A DNA stretch of 64,000 nucleotides from NCBI GenBank assembly GCA_039630055.1, contig JBCNVN010000001.1, positions 32,001 to 96,000 on the forward strand, written 5' to 3'. The notes under the pieces are model-generated. The model did no database searches, was not told the DNA's origin, and worked only from the letters and a program-made list of their open reading frames with translations. Position 1 is the stretch's first letter. Every line of letters starts with the position of its first letter. The DNA comes from Candidatus Caldarchaeales archaeon (GTDB taxonomy: Archaea > Thermoproteota > Nitrososphaeria_A > Caldarchaeales > Wolframiiraptoraceae). Positions 1 to 9,160 of this stretch are shown here, piece by piece. Both the position numbers and the translations under genes were made by a program.

Positions 1-1
1 G

Positions 2-718
2 AATGATAATCTATTAGATGAAGAAGTTAGAGCAGAATTCAGAGGCCGATTAGAGAATTTTCTCAGTATACTTAACTCTCAGATAGAACGGCTTAGAATT
101 AGATATGTAGAGATGGAGTCGAGAGGTAGAGAATACTTTGAGAAAGTTATTGAGTGCTTGGTGAATATGGATGAAGAGAGAGCTAGAATATATGCTGAAG
201 AGATTGCTGAGATAAGAAAGCTTGCCGAGATGGTTAAGAAGAGTCAGCTTCTCCTACTACAGGTAAAGATCAGGGTAGAAACTATCGTAGAGATAACTGA
301 GGTAATAGGATTGATATTTCCTATAACATCTCTACTGGCTGAAGTAGAAGATGAGCTTAGGCCTATCGCACCTGAAGTAGTTCAGAACCTCCATGAACTA
401 TCAGTCTGTATAGAAGAATTTACATCTACCACGATCCATAATAGGTTGGAGCCTGTGAGATATGAAGAACTGAGTAGAGAGGCGGAGAAGATCTTAATAG
501 AGGCTCAGAAGCATGCTGTAGAGATCGTTAAGGATAAGTTTCCAGATATTCCTACGCTGGATGAAAACGAGAGGAAAGTCTATGCCTATCTATCTAAAAA
601 TAGTAATGAGATAGATCTAGAGAGGTGTTCTAAAGAATTAAAGTTGGATGTTAAAGAAGTAAGGAATATTTTAGCATCTTTAGAAGAGAAGGGGTTGATA
701 GAAGTAGAAGGCGAGTAG
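2..718 (+). CDS. cdvB: ESCRT-III/CdvB-family cell division protein with C-terminal winged helix (5' end runs off the window)
   Basis: Frame is open from base 2 (NDNLLDEEVRAEFRGRLE...). Snf7-like core 'D.ERARIYAEEIAEIRKLA...RVET', MIM2-like FPDIP, C-terminal wHTH 'LDENERKVYAYL...LEEKGLI'. Confidence 0.75.
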   Translation, partial: NDNLLDEEVRAEFRGRLENFLSILNSQIERLRIRYVEMESRGREYFEKVIECLVNMDEERARIYAEEIAEIRKLAEMVKKSQLLLLQVKIRVETIVEITEVIGLIFPITSLLAEVEDELRPIAPEVVQNLHELSVCIEEFTSTTIHNRLEPVRYEELSREAEKILIEAQKHAVEIVKDKFPDIPTLDENERKVYAYLSKNSNEIDLERCSKELKLDVKEVRNILASLEEKGLIEVEGE

Positions 719-918
719 GAGAAGTATCACCGGGAACTTAATAACTACAATACTGGGTCTCTCTTTCCAAAGAATTATAGATATAAAAATTAGTTTGGCA
801 TAATCTAATGAAGATCATACAATATCAACTTCTTTGATGAGCCTCCTACTCTAGAATATATTCAAGATTGTTACGAAAACCGCCACATACCAAAGGGTAA
901 TAATTATTGTTTTGAGGG

Positions 919-937
919 GTAAAATTAAAAATTTTAC
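919..937. promoter_or_regulatory. Inverted repeat GTAAAATT-AAA-AATTTTAC, possible operator upstream of the HisB-like gene
   Basis: Perfect 8-bp arms with 3-bp spacer, but in an AT-rich intergenic region. Confidence 0.3.
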
Positions 938-1039
938 AATAAATTTATCATTTTATGGAAAATATGTTATAATCTAGAGTGTGTGGGTTGGAAAACCTAA
1001 TAATAGAGTACATTAAAGAACAATATAGATCAGTAGTGT

Positions 1040-1711
1040 ATGTCAAAGACTGTCGATCTATCTTTTAGTAGGATAGGTACCAGTGTAAGGGCAGCCCAAA
1101 AAAAGAGTATTATAAAGATTATTGAAGCTGGTCCTGAGCTTGTAAAGTTAGTTGAAGATGCTGATGATACTGTCATCGATTGTAAGATCTCTAAGGGGCC
1201 AAGAGAATTTTGGAAGATCGATACTGGGATAAAGCTACTCGACAAGCTTATCCATATTATCTCATATTATTCTAGATTTAATATAGAGCTCATAGTAAAT
1301 TATAAATCTGGTAAACCTAGCTACAAGATCGTTGAGGCTTCTGGCAGAGTTTTAGGAAGAACATTCAGAGTTATCGCAGATGAGAGGTCAAGAAGATATG
1401 GGATTTATGGTTATGGGTATGGGCAAGGAATCTTTAAAGAAGCGGTTTCAGAATCAAGGATATCTCTTGAGTCTGGAGCTGGATGCTGGATAAGCAGAAG
1501 CGGAGCTATAAAGGTTTTTGGAAGAGTAGAAGAATTACCAGAAGAATCTATAAAATTATTCTTTGAAGAGTTTTCAAAAGAACTCAATGGTACTATTCAT
1601 TTAGATCTAGTCCGGGCTGAGAGCCCACATAATCTATGGATCTCTGCTTTTATGGCTTTTGGTGAAGCTCTTAGACAAGTATTCCGAGAAGATGAATGGA
1701 GTAAGAAATAG
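1040..1711 (+). CDS. Imidazoleglycerol-phosphate dehydratase (HisB)-fold protein lacking the catalytic His motifs
   Basis: IDTGI..LD, G..LG, FF..F......LH and SAF.AFGEALR match IGPD; the DxHHxxE and NxHHxxE motifs are replaced. Confidence 0.7.
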   Translation: MSKTVDLSFSRIGTSVRAAQKKSIIKIIEAGPELVKLVEDADDTVIDCKISKGPREFWKIDTGIKLLDKLIHIISYYSRFNIELIVNYKSGKPSYKIVEASGRVLGRTFRVIADERSRRYGIYGYGYGQGIFKEAVSESRISLESGAGCWISRSGAIKVFGRVEELPEESIKLFFEEFSKELNGTIHLDLVRAESPHNLWISAFMAFGEALRQVFREDEWSKK

Positions 1712-1760
1712 AGATGGTAGAGATCATGAAAGCTCCCTATTGAACCATATAATATTTCGA

Positions 1761-3890
1761 CTACTTTCTATAGATAAACCCTCTTACATCGACGGCGACG
1801 AATCTGTCACCATTAGCTATCAGCGGATTTATCTCAAACTGTTTTATTGAAGGATTCTCAAAGATTATAGATGAGAAATCTGAGATCTTTTCTGCCAGAA
1901 TCTTTAGGTTAACACTTGGTAAACCTCTATATCCTTCTAGTAACTTCTTCATCTTTAACTCGCTTATCATTTCTTCAGCTTCATGAGTTTCTACGGGTGC
2001 AACTCTAACAGAGATATCTTTCATGATCTCTGTGAAGACTCCTCCAAGGCCGATGCTAACTATAGGTCCGAAGATAGGGTCCCAGTCTGAGCCGAGTATT
2101 AATTCTAAGCCATTAACCATCTCCTGTATAATCGCACCCTCCCACTCTACTCCAATCTCAGCTACTCTATCCCTAAGATGTCTATATGCTTCTAACAGCT
2201 CTTCTGGTTTTTTTAATCCTAATATAACTCCACCTACATCGGTTTTATGAGCGATCTTTCTAGAAAAGATCTTCATGACATATGGTGGTGAGAGATCTTC
2301 AATAACTTTTTCTAGTTCTTTTTCCTCTGTAACTTTAATAGTTTTAGGAGCCTCTATACCGTACTGATTTATTATCTCTATAGTATGCTCTAATGATAGT
2401 GGGCCATTAGATAGATCTCCTATCCAGCTTAGTTTATCATTTCTATAAGGATAGTTGAAGGTTCTAGGCATAGGTCTCTTATAAGATGTAAGTGCTGATA
2501 GTGCTTTTATAGCTCTTCTAATATCTGGATATGAAGGTATTCTCAGCTTGTCAAACTTCTCCCTAATCAGCTTGGACCATTCAGACTCTCCATACTCACA
2601 TACAACGGTTGGAGCATTATACTTTCTAATAACATTGAATAACCTATCGGTGATCGTTTCATCTATCGCTGGAGGTTGATGGCTTGGCAGTATCAGATAG
2701 AGATCATAATAACCTTCTGAGCATACTGTTCTGAATACTTGTTCAAATGATTCAGAGGTTCCTTGAGCGGTTAGATCTAGAGGATTCTGGACTATGGCTA
2801 TTTGAGGTATAACTCCATGCTTCTTTAATTCTTCAAGATTTTCCTTCAGCTTTACGGTTAGATCTGGTAATGTTAATCCATGAAGTAAGGCTAGATCCGA
2901 AGAAAGTACAGCGAGCCCACCAGCATTAGTTAAGACGAATAGCTTATTTCCATCTACTGGTCTAAGCATGCTGAAGACCTTGACTACGTCGACCATCTCT
3001 TCTAAATCTTCAACCTCTATCACCCCAGCTTGCTTGAATACACCTCTATAGACCTGCATTCTACCGACCATACTCGCCGTATGAGTGTATGCAGCTTTGC
3101 TAGCTGCCTCCGTCTTGCCAGCCTTCATTATTACCACCGGCTTCATCGTGGAGGCCTCGATAAGAGCATTTAGGAATCTTCTACCATCTCTCACACCCTC
3201 TAGATATATGACGATAACCTTGGTTGCCTCATCATATGCAAAATATTTTAAGAAATCCTCGGTGCTTAGATCGATCTGGTTACCCACGCTAACCACTGCT
3301 CTTACTCCTACTCCCCCTGCTTTAAGACAGTCCATCAATATCTCGCTTATCGCACCACTCTGAGAGATTACAGTGACATTCCCTAATACTGCTTCTGGAA
3401 GACTCTCGGCAAGCCTTCCATCGGATAGGGGTTTCTGAAATGGTAGAAAGAAGGTATCTATACCTGAAAGCATATCGAGTATTCCGATAGTGTTAGGTCC
3501 AAGAACACGGATTCCTGTTTCTACGATCACCTTCCTCAACTTTTCATCTAGATCTCTTCTACCGATCTCTCCGAATCCTCCACTGATAACTATGGCGGCT
3601 TTTACTCCGTTCTCTCCAGCTTCTCTTAAAACATCTATAACAGATTCAGCCGGTATAGCGATTACCACGAGATCAACTCTTTCCCCTATCTCAGAGATCT
3701 TAGAATAAACTTTTACATTGTTTAGAGTACTTATTTTTGGGTTAACTGGATAGATCTCTGCTTTTAGTCTTCCAGAAATCTTGTTCCTCATAAGTTTTTG
3801 ATATATTATGCTACCAAGTTTTGACGGGTCACTAGAAACCCCTATGACGGCAATAGATCTTGGATTAAAGAATGAGTTCAAGTCTTCCAT
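1761..3890 (-). CDS. ADP-forming acetate/acyl-CoA ligase, fused alpha-beta
   Basis: FFNPRSIAVIG CoA-binding domain, GPNTIG, SQSGA, active-site HTASM, TNAGG, NPLDL, ATP-grasp HKTDVGGV and EINPL. Confidence 0.9.
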   Translation of the reverse strand: MEDLNSFFNPRSIAVIGVSSDPSKLGSIIYQKLMRNKISGRLKAEIYPVNPKISTLNNVKVYSKISEIGERVDLVVIAIPAESVIDVLREAGENGVKAAIVISGGFGEIGRRDLDEKLRKVIVETGIRVLGPNTIGILDMLSGIDTFFLPFQKPLSDGRLAESLPEAVLGNVTVISQSGAISEILMDCLKAGGVGVRAVVSVGNQIDLSTEDFLKYFAYDEATKVIVIYLEGVRDGRRFLNALIEASTMKPVVIMKAGKTEAASKAAYTHTASMVGRMQVYRGVFKQAGVIEVEDLEEMVDVVKVFSMLRPVDGNKLFVLTNAGGLAVLSSDLALLHGLTLPDLTVKLKENLEELKKHGVIPQIAIVQNPLDLTAQGTSESFEQVFRTVCSEGYYDLYLILPSHQPPAIDETITDRLFNVIRKYNAPTVVCEYGESEWSKLIREKFDKLRIPSYPDIRRAIKALSALTSYKRPMPRTFNYPYRNDKLSWIGDLSNGPLSLEHTIEIINQYGIEAPKTIKVTEEKELEKVIEDLSPPYVMKIFSRKIAHKTDVGGVILGLKKPEELLEAYRHLRDRVAEIGVEWEGAIIQEMVNGLELILGSDWDPIFGPIVSIGLGGVFTEIMKDISVRVAPVETHEAEEMISELKMKKLLEGYRGLPSVNLKILAEKISDFSSIIFENPSIKQFEINPLIANGDRFVAVDVRGFIYRK

Positions 3891-4002
3891 ATTTTCTCCA
3901 TCCTCAATTATATCTATATGGAGTAAGTAATCAACCTTAATACTAGATAGAGGTTTTACTTATCGGAGAAATATTAATTCGATCTTTAGGCTCTTCTTAT
4001 CC

Positions 4003-5349
4003 CTAACTTTCATTCGGCCTGATGAATGTTCCGAGTGCTTTATCTGTAATAACCTCGCCTTCTTCAGCTATCTTAACCCCTCTAAGTATAGTGTACCTTA
4101 TCTTTCCTCTTAGACTCCATCCATCATAGGGTGTTATCTTATGTTTACTATGAAGTTTATTAGATTGAATTATGTTAACTCTCTCTGGATCAACGATTAC
4201 CAGGTCTCCGTCTGCACCAATCTTTAAAGAACCTTTTCTAGGATATATTCCGAAGATCCTTGCCGGGTTTTCTGATAGGGTGAGAGGTATCGTCTCTATC
4301 GGGATCCTACCTTTTAATGCAGCATCAAGCATTAGTGGGAACAATGTCTCGACCCCTATGAATCCAGAGGCGGCTTCCCAGATATCTTTTGTCTTCTCTT
4401 CTAATGTATGTGGAGCATGATCAGATGCTATGCAATCTATTATCTTTCTATTTAAACCATTCAATAAGCTTATCTGATCTTTCTTACTTCTTAGAGGTGG
4501 ATTGATCTTTACGAGTGGACCATATTTTAGCTGGTCTTCATAAGTCATCAACAAGTATTGGGGGCAGGTCTCTCCATAAGCATTAACCCTCATCATCTTA
4601 GCTCTAGCTAGAAGGTTTACAGACTCACCGGTACTCATATGGACTATCAGAACCTTCCCACCTGTTTTCTTTGCATAGATGAGGATTCTAGATACAGCTT
4701 CTTCTTCACATATGTTTGGTCTAGAGTCTGGATGTACAAGCGGATCTCTCCTACCACTACTTTTCACTTTCTCAGTATAATATTTTATAAGCTCGTAATT
4801 TTCTGCATGGAATGCTAGTGTAAAACCGTATTTATGGCTCTTCTCCATGGCCTCGATGATAAGCTTATCAGGTGGAGGAGGGATATCTCCCGTGGTAGGA
4901 CCCATGAAAACTTTGAAGCCGATAGCTCCATCAAACCACATATCTTCTAGTTCATCTATATTTGAGTCATGGAGAACACCGTACAATCCATAATCTACAT
5001 ATGCTTTATTCTTCAAGATCTCTCTCTTCTCCCTCAATCTCTCAGCGGAGTCTACAGGTGGAAGAGTATTAGGCATCTCTAATATTGTCGTCACACCTCC
5101 AGCGGCCGCCGCAAGAGTCCCCGTCATGAAATCTTCTTTATACGTTAGTCCGGGTTCTCTCATATGTACATGCTCGTCTACTACTCCTGGAAAGACTAGT
5201 AGGCCTCTAGCATCTAAGACTTCTACACTATTGCTTTTGAGATCTTTACCTATGGCCTCGATGACTCCGTCCACTATGAGTAGGTCGAGCTCTTCTACCC
5301 CGCTAGGTAGTACTAGCCTTCCCCCCTTTACGAGTATGCTACCGTTCAT
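4003..5349 (-). CDS. pyrC: Dihydroorotase (amidohydrolase superfamily)
   Basis: DEHVHMREPG with the DHOase Arg, AAAAGGVTT..EMPNT, KINPPLR, SDHAPH; pyrB nearby. Allantoinase not fully excluded. Confidence 0.78.
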   Translation of the reverse strand: MNGSILVKGGRLVLPSGVEELDLLIVDGVIEAIGKDLKSNSVEVLDARGLLVFPGVVDEHVHMREPGLTYKEDFMTGTLAAAAGGVTTILEMPNTLPPVDSAERLREKREILKNKAYVDYGLYGVLHDSNIDELEDMWFDGAIGFKVFMGPTTGDIPPPPDKLIIEAMEKSHKYGFTLAFHAENYELIKYYTEKVKSSGRRDPLVHPDSRPNICEEEAVSRILIYAKKTGGKVLIVHMSTGESVNLLARAKMMRVNAYGETCPQYLLMTYEDQLKYGPLVKINPPLRSKKDQISLLNGLNRKIIDCIASDHAPHTLEEKTKDIWEAASGFIGVETLFPLMLDAALKGRIPIETIPLTLSENPARIFGIYPRKGSLKIGADGDLVIVDPERVNIIQSNKLHSKHKITPYDGWSLRGKIRYTILRGVKIAEEGEVITDKALGTFIRPNES

Positions 5350-5532
5350 CTTATTCCTCCATTCTACGACTCAACTAATCGTTTACTCTATATATCTATT
5401 TTATTTTAAAAATTATCTAGGTTCTTGGTTTCATCCATAGATTCAATCAATAAACTTTAACATATAAAATCGTCAAGATAAGATGTATACAGAATATTTA
5501 TTATTTAAGTCTGGAGAAGTTATCATCAAGAG

Positions 5533-6288
5533 ATGGGCTCGGACATTGTAGCTTTAATTTTAGCTGGTGGAGAAGGTAGCAGACTTAGACCATTATCCTA
5601 CTATTTTCAGAAATGTATGATCCCGATAGGCTCTAGACAGAAACCATTACTCGAATACATTATACGGAATCTTAAAAAACATTCTTTGAGAGATATCTTG
5701 ATCGCGGTCGGCTATAAAGCTGAACAGATAATCAACTATTTCAGAGACGGTAACGAATATAGTTTAAACATAAGATATGTACATGACAGCCCGGATCTGA
5801 AGGGTACCGGTGGATCACTACTAAATATATTCAGAGGAGGATATCTTCAAGAATATAATACGATACTAATCCACTATGGAGACATACTTTCAAATATTGA
5901 TCTATCCCATATGCTTAAGAATTATAGGGAGAGTGGAGCAGACGTAATGGTTGCATTATCTTCAAAATATCAACTGCCTGTAGGAGTTGCACGGGTAGAT
6001 GAAGAAAACACGATAGTATCTTTTGAGGAGAAGCCTTCAATAAACATATATGTCAGCATAGGTATAGTAATCTTGAACTCAAAGGTTTTGGCTGATCTTA
6101 ATAGACTTGCTACAGATATGAGAAGTCTAGATATTATGTCAGACTTTATCCCTTATCTCATCAAGTCTAAGAGAATGGTTAAAGCGTATATTACAGATTC
6201 ATTCTGGTACGATGTTGGATCGATAGAGAAATATGAAAAGCTTACAAATGAACTAGTTGAGAGATATCTGGCTGATCTAGAGAAATAA
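5533..6288 (+). CDS. Sugar-phosphate nucleotidyltransferase (NDP-sugar pyrophosphorylase family)
   Basis: LILAGGEGSRLRPL..K, GTGG, YGD, FEEKP, WYDVG. Confidence 0.88.
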   Translation: MGSDIVALILAGGEGSRLRPLSYYFQKCMIPIGSRQKPLLEYIIRNLKKHSLRDILIAVGYKAEQIINYFRDGNEYSLNIRYVHDSPDLKGTGGSLLNIFRGGYLQEYNTILIHYGDILSNIDLSHMLKNYRESGADVMVALSSKYQLPVGVARVDEENTIVSFEEKPSINIYVSIGIVILNSKVLADLNRLATDMRSLDIMSDFIPYLIKSKRMVKAYITDSFWYDVGSIEKYEKLTNELVERYLADLEK

Positions 6289-6397
6289 CCGAGATCATTA
6301 TACTGAGTATGCTAGAAGCCTATATCGTTACATATAGTCGTGTAAGCATATTTTTATCGGCTAAAGATTAAGAATAGGCAAGCTCATCTCTTAAAAA

Positions 6398-7348
6398 GTG
6401 AATAGGAGTGAATGGAGATTGAGCCAACTATATTGTAGAGATATAATATCTGCTCTTGAATTCAGTAGGGATATAATGGACTCTATATTCGAAGAAGCGG
6501 ATAGTATTAGAAGAGAGCTGGGAGGCAAGAAGATTCTAGACTATTGTAAAGATAAAATCATGGTCACACTGTTTCTCGAGCCGAGTACACGTACAAGGTT
6601 AAGCTTCCAGTTTGCAATGATAAGGCTCGGAGGCATAGTAATAGACTTCGGGTTAGAGCAAGCTGCAAGCATAGTTAAGGGAGAGAGTTTTGAAGATACG
6701 GTTAAGATGGTCGATGGATATAATCCAGACATAATCGTGATTAGACATAGAGAGCCTGGCTCAGCGGCGAGAGCAGCAGAGATAGCCTCTGCACCTATCA
6801 TAAATGCAGGGGATGGATGGAATGAGCATCCAACTCAAGCATTGCTAGACCTTTACACGATAAGGAGAGAGCTGGGAAGAATAGATAACATAACAGTTGG
6901 AATTATGGGAGATTTAAGATATGGCAGGACTCCAAGTAGTTTAAGCTACGCTTTATCAAGATATAGAGGTGTTAGGATAGTGTATATTGCTCCCAAAGAA
7001 CTACAGATCCGTCGAGAAGTTTTAGATAAGATAGATGGTTTAGTCGAGTTTAGAATGGTTGAGAAAGTAGAAGAAGTTATAGAAGAGCTTGATATCCTAT
7101 ATGTGACGAGGCTCCAACGGGAACGATTCTCTGACCTGGCTGAATATGAGAGGCTAAAGGGAAGCTACATTGTAACAAGCGACTTATTGAAGAAATTTAA
7201 GAGGATACCCTTAATAATGCATCCATTGCCTAGAGTCGATGAGCTCTCGAGAGATGTCGACCTTCTCCCTGAAGCGAAATACTTTGCACAAGCAGAGAAT
7301 GGAGTATATGTTAGAGCTGCTCTAATAAAACATATCCTAACTATTTGA
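6398..7348 (+). CDS. pyrB: Aspartate carbamoyltransferase catalytic subunit (true start may be TTG 6419)
   Basis: FLEPSTRTRLSF, KGES, HPTQALLD, GDLRYGRT, RLQRER, MHPLPRVDE. Confidence 0.95.
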   Translation: MNRSEWRLSQLYCRDIISALEFSRDIMDSIFEEADSIRRELGGKKILDYCKDKIMVTLFLEPSTRTRLSFQFAMIRLGGIVIDFGLEQAASIVKGESFEDTVKMVDGYNPDIIVIRHREPGSAARAAEIASAPIINAGDGWNEHPTQALLDLYTIRRELGRIDNITVGIMGDLRYGRTPSSLSYALSRYRGVRIVYIAPKELQIRREVLDKIDGLVEFRMVEKVEEVIEELDILYVTRLQRERFSDLAEYERLKGSYIVTSDLLKKFKRIPLIMHPLPRVDELSRDVDLLPEAKYFAQAENGVYVRAALIKHILTI

Positions 7349-7430
7349 GGAATTCATCTCAACGAATAGAACGATTAATATTAATAGAAGTAGAGACAAG
7401 TTAATCAACTAGGACCTTCACATTTAGTTC

Positions 7431-8108
7431 ATGGATCTAAGCTTTAGGTCTCTCTTCTATAGAAGAGAGAAGAAGATCATGGACTTTATTGAAGAATATA
7501 TTGAGAAGGTTGTAGACACGGTTAGATATCTTAGAGTGGTCAGTGAATTGGTTAAGAGTGAAAAGATGGGGGATGCAGCACGCCTCTATAACTTTATAGA
7601 TCTCTTAGAGAGTGAGGCAGATAATATGAGGAGGAAGATCTCTGAAGAACTATGTAAGGGGGCCTTCTTCGCCCATCTTAGAGAAGACTTACTAAACCTT
7701 GTAGAAGAGATAGATGATATTGCAGATTCTGCTAAATACTTTGTGAAACAGTTTGTAGAGACTACTCCAAGCTGGGATCTATTGTATTTCGTATTCAATA
7801 TCCCCGAGATGGATAGGTACATCCAATCATGTATCGAGGCCTCAGAGAAGCTACTCCATTCTTTCAGGGTTTTTAGAGAAGATGTGGAGCAGGCTAAACC
7901 AATACTACGAGAGATAGAAGATATTGAGGAAGAGGCTGATGAGCTCAAGACATCATTGATAAAGAATATTCTTAGAGAAGCTGATAGATTTAGGATAATA
8001 GATGTAATACTTGTCAAAGAAATGATTAGTATGATGGATAATATATGTGATTCTGCTGAAGATGCTTCAGACATACTCTTCCAGATAATCGCAGAGGGAT
8101 ATGGGTAA
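7431..8108 (+). CDS. DUF47/PhoU-like phosphate transport regulator
   Basis: Repeated ESEAD/EEEAD and DDIAD/DNICDSAED motifs; directly upstream of a PiT transporter. Confidence 0.88.
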   Translation: MDLSFRSLFYRREKKIMDFIEEYIEKVVDTVRYLRVVSELVKSEKMGDAARLYNFIDLLESEADNMRRKISEELCKGAFFAHLREDLLNLVEEIDDIADSAKYFVKQFVETTPSWDLLYFVFNIPEMDRYIQSCIEASEKLLHSFRVFREDVEQAKPILREIEDIEEEADELKTSLIKNILREADRFRIIDVILVKEMISMMDNICDSAEDASDILFQIIAEGYG

Positions 8109-8143
8109 ACACTTTAATAAATGTATACCTCTTTAAGAATTTC

Positions 8144-9049
8144 GTGGAAGAAGCCGAAGCCTTTACGATAGCTATCTTCATATCTTTCTTGTTCAGCTGG
8201 AATAATAGCTCGCTTTTCATAGGCGGTTTAACTAGTTCTGGTATTGTTAAGCTTAGGATTGCAGCTCTCTTTACAGCTCTATCCATGATTATAGGATTTT
8301 CAGCGGAGAGTCAGAAGATGGATCCTGAGAATATACTCCTTTACGACGGATATCACTCTCCGCTTATCACCATCTTGATTATGCTGGCTATCTCAAACCT
8401 CTTAAGCATCCCGATAAGCATATCAAGTATCTCTATAGCATCTTTAATAGGATCATCGATAGCATCGGGCTCCAGACTAAACATTGTTTTTCTCTCTATT
8501 ACAGTATTGGCCTGGCTATTAGCACCCTTATCATCAATGCTCTTAACATCTATCATATATAATATCTTGAGAAAGAGGTTCTCTTCTATCAAGATTGACT
8601 CCCTTCCTCTACTAAATAAGGTTATAATCTATTCTACTACCTTCTATGCTGCTTATGTAATCTCAGCGAACAACCTCGGATTCCTTATATCTATGCTCGA
8701 TAATGATTCCACGATTACTTATGTAACTACTTTTCTTGGGATAGTTTTAGGATCTTATTTCTTCTCAGAACGTATATCCTACATTATGGGCGAGAGGCTT
8801 GCGATACTAAGCCCAGTTAAGCTCTCATCAAGCCTTTTATCATCATCTATAATACTCTGGATACTAACTCAGTTCAGTATACCTTCAGCATTAACTCATA
8901 TAATTCTTGGAGGGTTTATCGGAGCAGCATCAGCCTCTCCTTCATCCATTATCAACATGAGACTCTTCAAGAATCTTACAAGATCGTGGATAATTACTAC
9001 TCTAATATCTATTCCATTATCCTACATCTTAAGAAGTATTATGAGATAG
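8144..9049 (+). CDS. PiT (PHO4) family inorganic phosphate/anion transporter, divergent
   Basis: Multi-TM protein; IPISIS, WLLAP, ANN, IPSALTH motifs; paired with DUF47. Confidence 0.7.
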   Translation: MEEAEAFTIAIFISFLFSWNNSSLFIGGLTSSGIVKLRIAALFTALSMIIGFSAESQKMDPENILLYDGYHSPLITILIMLAISNLLSIPISISSISIASLIGSSIASGSRLNIVFLSITVLAWLLAPLSSMLLTSIIYNILRKRFSSIKIDSLPLLNKVIIYSTTFYAAYVISANNLGFLISMLDNDSTITYVTTFLGIVLGSYFFSERISYIMGERLAILSPVKLSSSLLSSSIILWILTQFSIPSALTHIILGGFIGAASASPSSIINMRLFKNLTRSWIITTLISIPLSYILRSIMR

Positions 9050-9160
9050 ATGTTACGATCTTGAGACTCTACTAATCTTTTAAAACTATGGGGAGCCACT
9101 AGTATCTCTGATATAACGAAGATCTTAAAGATTAGATTAGCGAGGTTAGGAGTGGATTAA

